Shown here in pieces: positions 60,901-64,000 of a stretch of 64,000 nucleotides of DNA (position 1 is its first letter; each line of letters begins with the position of its first letter). The stretch is from Candidatus Omnitrophota bacterium (GTDB lineage Bacteria > Omnitrophota > Gorgyraeia > Zapsychrales > Zapsychraceae): NCBI GenBank assembly GCA_015233195.1, contig JADFYE010000003.1, positions 10,489-74,488 on the forward strand. Direction: 5' to 3'. Both the position numbers and the translations under genes were made by a program. Below the pieces are notes generated by a model, which was not told where the DNA came from, did no database searches, and worked only from the letters and a program-made list of their open reading frames with translations.

Positions 60901-62760
60901 TTGTCTTAAAACTGCTTCTTCATCTGAAGATAAAGTGAGTTTTTTCATTGTTAAATTTGCTAATTCTTCAAAAGATTCAACATTCCATAATTTTTTGATA
61001 ATAGCGCTTGCCATTAGATTACCAAGTTCGTCGTTATGCATTATCCGTGCCCATACACGTATCATGGTGCGAAGTGTGTCTTGGAAATTAGCCATGGTCT
61101 CATCAGTTTTTCCTGATTTTGAACCTGCGATCCAAAGCAGTTTTGCATTTGGATTTCTGCGTAACATATTAACCCAGGTATTTTCTAATTTTTTGTAGTT
61201 GGTACCTAAAGAATCTAAAACGATTAATTGACGGTTAGGGTGTTTATTTATCAGACCTTTGGCTTGAGCAACACAAGTTGATTGTCCTCCGATACCTATA
61301 GTTGCAGTTACAACTTCATCTTCAAATGCATCCGGATTTTCGCCTAAATGACGGTGCGTAAATGTTTCTATTTTTTCTATTCCGTCTTCCATTGGTGTAC
61401 CATAACGCGGCGCGCGGTTTGGTCCATCCTGTTCCATAGTTATATATCCATATCCTTCAGGATCATAAAGCATGCCATATGCACGAAGAGCGTACATGGT
61501 ATCTCTAAGCGCGTTAATTCTATTTTTGGGTATGTTAACTTTTTTTCCGTCGCCTAAAGATAATTGAGCGCCATCTGGAAGCATTGCTGCTTCTGTTCCA
61601 GGTTTTTGAAGATCTATTTTTACGTTTGCAATTTCTGCGCCAGGTAATGTGTTACGGTTTGTTCTATGTACTATTGTTGTTACGGCATCAGTTTCAGCAA
61701 AAGAATTTCCACCGGAAAAATATTTATGGGCTATAACTTTTTGTTCTGCAGGATCGTAATCTTCCTTTATATAGTTGAACACACCAGTTTTAAATGCTTC
61801 TAAATATTGGTTATAGATTTTTTGGTTAGTTTCTGGAGTATTATTGTTAATACCTTTGGTTTTATTTTTATCAGCATAAATCTGACCCAATAAAGATTCT
61901 TTTAATGAGCGTTTGAACCAAGTTGCTAAGATGTTGGAATTATAAATTTGACGTAAGTTAGCGAAAGTTTTGCCAGTATTAACTTCTTTTTCGATTTCAG
62001 GGATAATAATTTCTTTTACAATTTGTGAAGTAACTCCGCTTACGATTTTGGTGTCTTTTGCAACCAAATTTTCCATGCCGAATTTAGTTTCACCACTATT
62101 TTTTTGTAAAGCTACATAATCTTCCTCTAACATAACTTTTAAATGGCTTTCTAAAATATAGGCAGTATTGTCATGTTCATAAACTACAGCTTTGGACGGA
62201 ACGATCCAAACTTTATTAAAGGTGTTTAATGGAATATCAGTTGTTCCGAACTGTTTTTTAGCTTTTGCGTACACGCGTTGCCAGAATTCAGCACCTAAGG
62301 ATTTTTCAGGGAACATTAAAGACGAAGTTAATTGTTTCAGCATGTAATCTTGCGCAAGTAAGTCTCGACCCATTTCAGTTTGACCGAATTGGTTTGGAAT
62401 CATGCGGTCTTTTTCATAAGGAGACAAGTTGACCCAAAGTTCTTTTTCCGGAACTGTTAAAGAGGCTAAGAAATATTTGACCAATTTTAAAGATTCAGTT
62501 TTAAATGTTTCACCTTGCATTTTATCTTGACCCCGGTCAACCAAAAAGTCAAATTGTAAAGGATTTTTTGGGTCTACGGTTATACCGCGGACTATTGCCG
62601 GGTTATATCCCGCAGAAGGCATAACCATAACACCTGGAGCAGTCAAATTTAATTGCGCGCGTGCAGGTGTTGGTACTATGCTGGTAGCGGTGAAGGTTAA
62701 TAGAATTAAAACTGAAATGGTTTTGTGAAATAAAGAAAATTTGGATGTTTGGGCAATCAT
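54928..62760 (-). CDS. Giant modular protein 1 of 3: signal peptide, shared N-module, PGI-like, PGM/PMM-like, 2 x 67-aa repeat, UDPGP-like, shared C-module
   Basis: Start set to ATG 62760 (MIAQTSKF..., RBS AAAGGAG). PGI motifs: GIGGQS, GSKSGKTDET, GGRYQGLSP, ESLGKG, FRQPGVE. PGM motifs: YDIRG, TRSHVEIGTNGAK, DLDTDR, SNTSP. UDPGP motifs: VAGASTRMN, PQGHGEFF, KNVDN. Confidence 0.8.
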   Translation of the reverse strand: MIAQTSKFSLFHKTISVLILLTFTATSIVPTPARAQLNLTAPGVMVMPSAGYNPAIVRGITVDPKNPLQFDFLVDRGQDKMQGETFKTESLKLVKYFLASLTVPEKELWVNLSPYEKDRMIPNQFGQTEMGRDLLAQDYMLKQLTSSLMFPEKSLGAEFWQRVYAKAKKQFGTTDIPLNTFNKVWIVPSKAVVYEHDNTAYILESHLKVMLEEDYVALQKNSGETKFGMENLVAKDTKIVSGVTSQIVKEIIIPEIEKEVNTGKTFANLRQIYNSNILATWFKRSLKESLLGQIYADKNKTKGINNNTPETNQKIYNQYLEAFKTGVFNYIKEDYDPAEQKVIAHKYFSGGNSFAETDAVTTIVHRTNRNTLPGAEIANVKIDLQKPGTEAAMLPDGAQLSLGDGKKVNIPKNRINALRDTMYALRAYGMLYDPEGYGYITMEQDGPNRAPRYGTPMEDGIEKIETFTHRHLGENPDAFEDEVVTATIGIGGQSTCVAQAKGLINKHPNRQLIVLDSLGTNYKKLENTWVNMLRRNPNAKLLWIAGSKSGKTDETMANFQDTLRTMIRVWARIMHNDELGNLMASAIIKKLWNVESFEELANLTMKKLTLSSDEEAVLRQVFKNALFITGKFNEEKQSGSLLDRMIKQGFLGELFKSEPENGVIAIEMLNNLGGRYQGLSPHSLAINSLLGLDIRAMLEAGRKVAEEQRKNSSNQEYVTQKLAEELVAAGISQMVVGAPNNDFKNLAEALGQTVPESLGKGREYGIPMGIQTYAAYGTNQINKKLNFVKNRKFMFIIDVKGQPKTELSPEIEANNIVFRYEMDGINEVELAKIIQFVEDLTVRIGTIYTAHALSLAQENGIGTDINLTQHDIIRQIMQGADNDNPEKEAITALHKIFDDITPFRQPGVEMAKELVAGKPEKGIPSAGDLMFNSENKKDASNRPIRDAKQRDAWYQERLNKIADGPAIDTELTALRDADGNFLQDYDAIKHLDKLVKQLEADNPFVANLNKNIKYYMAIIRDGHARGKAVNFTIYEDRNPETEKLKEALEKLGADRVDFGPAEQHKSRQLTVRGEHNDIEIIIQSVRTKTAADQENSLVADGTVAKYIHNLKPSEVRSEYATQYGKVFMRNDVQTETATFYFADLTEQVNRLDALRFFTTIFDTRLTDVTMDNSTGDKAMIALPEIYQNYFEDLSIQNWRSPHGKTLEEILDAIIKEYDIRGYDGGDDINFPTQMDPELLKWIGRALASAVFKSDAHGKSVKLEAGDTFVIAGDNGPRTPAVRAALIEGLRETGVNVIDLDITTSGELYSSISKLGAQGGLYVTRSHVEIGTNGAKPNIGGITLYGTMLQELKPLIINGRYRKAETPGKLDTSDETKKKAHDAYYESMRKQFGGLAKKLGKTKVSVNLSGGSATGYKDLFQELLGNNLVDILRGESDPFNTTGGLADPSRTDDVALAHPQANIMQYSKDHPEILVLNFDLDTDRISILENGVLYKGDTEFYPIIEDMLTQDPYKEIINNIYFDSRMNSAFRQLVENLGGIAKLSPKGHSIVKMIMDVTIAKLAKKEGKTVPEFLAAHPGIKFAQAEYSLHMFLTNELGEPFDDAVRFGFHWLDVFSRIKEKLGQPEMTLAGYIQNLKDRKLITESYQLQESRTPMVEEAKKPLMIEMRDQVIEFLKSHPTLSDQFEYVDNWENFKGVRNSKPYVMVNANGVFHIFTPFGEIFWGWSNTSPKIAFGVQSNSPINLEKLTEIAVTLLGRSRTIISERLNNLALPTVNPKETSQLMTMFSVTNGEELDAKILPKYPTITDALTAMTQLKVGDQTDAAALSEVIRDSAITSDQAALSDEEDSTPDAAQLTESAKPATKEITVLGNVVQASFNDRTQTWKIVSKSLRNLSLPLPATASDSELAAEIENRLTADRALLAESAKPGIKELTVLGQKVEASFSARTQTWKTKSNSLQNLSLPLPYTASDSELAEAIETRLTADHAILSDAEKKYATEIARRYYAGDLQTSPINKPFKLSTQDDVQYVGDISPEEALRLQSIAIKSLLNGEGFISMLVAGASTRMNTHEAPEKIKELNDGKEIESKAGIPIGIVDGKAVTYLDAFGINLQRLFEQIRSAAQKRGLKVTGLDQNIIGLMSNENYIAEQQAIIQEHNNYGFPQEQVDIFLQPLAPGFLGTTADVETLRSKFSDADYQLALKKSMDAERAYKEGRYEDLLMPNERQPQGHGEFFHQLLISGELLRIIKTGKKWVFAKNVDNYAAKFDSIFLTILGKFLDEQLDFQGEVTPRAPAQKGGVVIIMEDGTQQLSEEPNVKASGKNSLEAFWLNSAVALMSIPYILSIYQLPGQTEQEFIKELETASQSDLENIANRGRLKFPTLIDPKPATNEPAVIRKGETNMWQSTGVRRDGIATHPLKTKMIGVDGARNFKIRDYKNMSSEQKRKERAKLRFLGTKSWDKTPQELTAAHKALSEALGRKATDEELALTLETFKGNSILSDAILDDILHGSLIDETAMDQIDKAALTEPTKRSTGGIDLDSAMMNLEIKRDNNGKPLPAFQQPIFNMNIEGFVPVIINITPVTDLPKLLGMADTTNDDSEKYGQLPMDNMNKQS
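56797..57201 (-). repeat. Tandem 201-bp (67-aa) duplication inside giant gene 1
   Basis: Units ESAKPATKEITVLGNVVQASFNDRTQTWK...SLPLPATASDSELAAEIENRLTADRALLA and ESAKPGIKELTVLGQKVEASFSARTQTWK...SLPLPYTASDSELAEAIETRLTADHAILS. Long identical DNA runs such as ctagttcactatcgcttgctgta occur at 56841 and 57042. Confidence 0.9.
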
Positions 62761-62905
62761 GCCGATCTCCTTTAGGTAAATAATTTGGTGTTTTATATTT
62801 TCAATTTTGGAACAATATCCAGTAAAAAAGTAGTGAAAGTATGCCATATTTTCGTTAAAATGCAAGGTCTCTAATAAAAAAATATATATATAAGGGGTTT
62901 ATTTG

Positions 62906-63508
62906 ATGTCTATATCAAAAGAGTTGATTTTTGAGCAAATTTTAGCTGGTCCAATGGGTAACTTTGTGTATTTAATTGGGGATGCTCAAACTAAAGAAGT
63001 TTTAGTTGTGGATGTTGGCTGGGAAGTTGATAAATTGGTAAAAAAAATTCAAGAACGAGATTATAAAGTGGCTGGTTTAATGTTAACTCATGCACATTTT
63101 GACCATACTGGTGGGGTAAAAAATTTTTTGCGGGTTTTTAATGTTAATGTGTATATTGCTGAACCTGAAACAGATTTTTTTATGATACCAGTGGATCATT
63201 TGGTCATGTTAAATGATGGGGATAAAATCAAAGTTGGTTCGCTTGAAATAGATTGTATTTTAACTCCGGGGCATTCTCCGGGCTGCATGTGTTTTAGGTA
63301 TAAAAATATTTTGATAACTGGGGATACTTTGTTTGTGGATGCCATTGGTAGGACTGATTTACCGGGCAGTGATCCGAAAGCTATGGACGAAAGTCTGGCA
63401 AAACTTTTAAAATTACCAGATGATACGGTTATATATCCTGGGCATGCGTATGGTCACGCGGATTGTGATACGATTGGGAATCAGAGGAAAACTAATCCGT
63501 ATTTTTAA
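62906..63508 (+). CDS. MBL-fold metallo-hydrolase (glyoxalase II-like)
   Basis: THAHFDHTGG metal motif, TPGHSPG, and a C-terminal PGHAYG motif. Start at ATG 62906 after AAGGGG. Confidence 0.85.
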   Translation: MSISKELIFEQILAGPMGNFVYLIGDAQTKEVLVVDVGWEVDKLVKKIQERDYKVAGLMLTHAHFDHTGGVKNFLRVFNVNVYIAEPETDFFMIPVDHLVMLNDGDKIKVGSLEIDCILTPGHSPGCMCFRYKNILITGDTLFVDAIGRTDLPGSDPKAMDESLAKLLKLPDDTVIYPGHAYGHADCDTIGNQRKTNPYF

Positions 63509-64000
63509 AACGATTTTTAAAGATTGATTCGATGATAAAGCTAAAAATTTTGAATGGTAGTATTTTGCGTAAGACATATATCGTTTTAACGTTAATTCCG
63601 AGGATATTGCGTAATGGCGGATTTTTTTGGTTTATCAATTTTTCGATGAGATACGCTATTGCCATTGGGTCGCGTTTATTGTTTTTGATTGATTGCATGA
63701 CTAATTCTTTTAGAGATTGCGAGATTTGATAATATGGGCTTTGGGGATTGTTAAAATTTTCCGCGTAACGTCCATTCTCTTCAAATATTTTAGTGCGGTA
63801 TGAGCCTGGTTCGATTAGGCAAACGTTTATGCCAAACTGTTTGACTTCATAGTATAAGCATTCGCTGAATGCTTCCAGCGCCCATTTACTTGCATTATAT
63901 CCGCTTAGTCCGGGATAAGTTGTCAGCCCTGAAACGCTGGAAATATTTATGATCTTCCCTTGTTTTTGTTCTCTCATTATCGGTAGCACAGAACGCGTTA
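63492..64000 (-). CDS. Short-chain dehydrogenase/reductase (C-terminal part; N-terminus beyond the window end)
   Basis: IINISSVSG...YNASKWALEAF is the SDR catalytic S...YxxxK. The frame stays open to the window edge, so the tracked GTG 'start' is internal. Confidence 0.8.
   Translation of the reverse strand, partial: TRSVLPIMREQKQGKIINISSVSGLTTYPGLSGYNASKWALEAFSECLYYEVKQFGINVCLIEPGSYRTKIFEENGRYAENFNNPQSPYYQISQSLKELVMQSIKNNKRDPMAIAYLIEKLINQKNPPLRNILGINVKTIYVLRKILPFKIFSFIIESIFKNRFKNTD

Noticed and set aside
62761-62865. N-terminal extensions in tracked ORFs: giant gene 1 (62761-62865), ilvB (39619-39687), the secretin (2157-2216) and the PP-loop gene (39569-39604).
   Set aside because: Internal ATGs with good Shine-Dalgarno sequences start exactly where the signal peptide or conserved N-terminus begins. 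The upstream in-frame stretches are AT-rich promoter-like DNA.

Overview
AT-rich bacterial (diderm-type) chromosomal window, almost fully coding and mostly on the minus strand. No rRNA, tRNA, CRISPR array, transposase or integrase was seen. Contents by position: (1) 1-9552: a type IV pilus / T2SS-like cluster with an MshEN-type ATPase, platform protein, one major and two minor prepilins, a large PilX-N protein carrying four CBM5/12-like repeats, a secretin and an ExeA-like ATPase. (2) 9737-20707: one long co-directional gene string holding two tripartite efflux systems (TolC-MacA-MacB and TolC-EmrA-EmrB), then a HAD phosphatase, a glycerol-1-phosphate-dehydrogenase-like gene, an iron-sulfur-flavoprotein-like gene and dedA. 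A perfect 121-bp inverted duplication of an internal emrB fragment brackets 3.4 kb here. (3) 20804-30147: a REC/pseudo-REC regulator, a GIY-YIG protein, an MFS transporter and a complete F-type ATP synthase operon with a truncated epsilon subunit. (4) 30247-45406: housekeeping genes (SPFH pair, PKD protein, mtaB, dus, ilvBN, trxB, thiC). (5) 45488-62760: the standout. Three co-transcribed giant genes (1226, 1895 and about 2610 aa) each start with a signal-peptide-like segment. Each shares a roughly 300-aa N-terminal module and a roughly 55-aa C-terminal 'GGIDL' module that I cannot assign to any named family. Between these modules they carry normally cytoplasmic enzymes: PGI + PGM + UDP-sugar pyrophosphorylase; UDP-sugar pyrophosphorylase + GT35-like glucan phosphorylase; and a glutamate-dehydrogenase-family domain. 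All calls come from reading the translations by eye. No database search was run.
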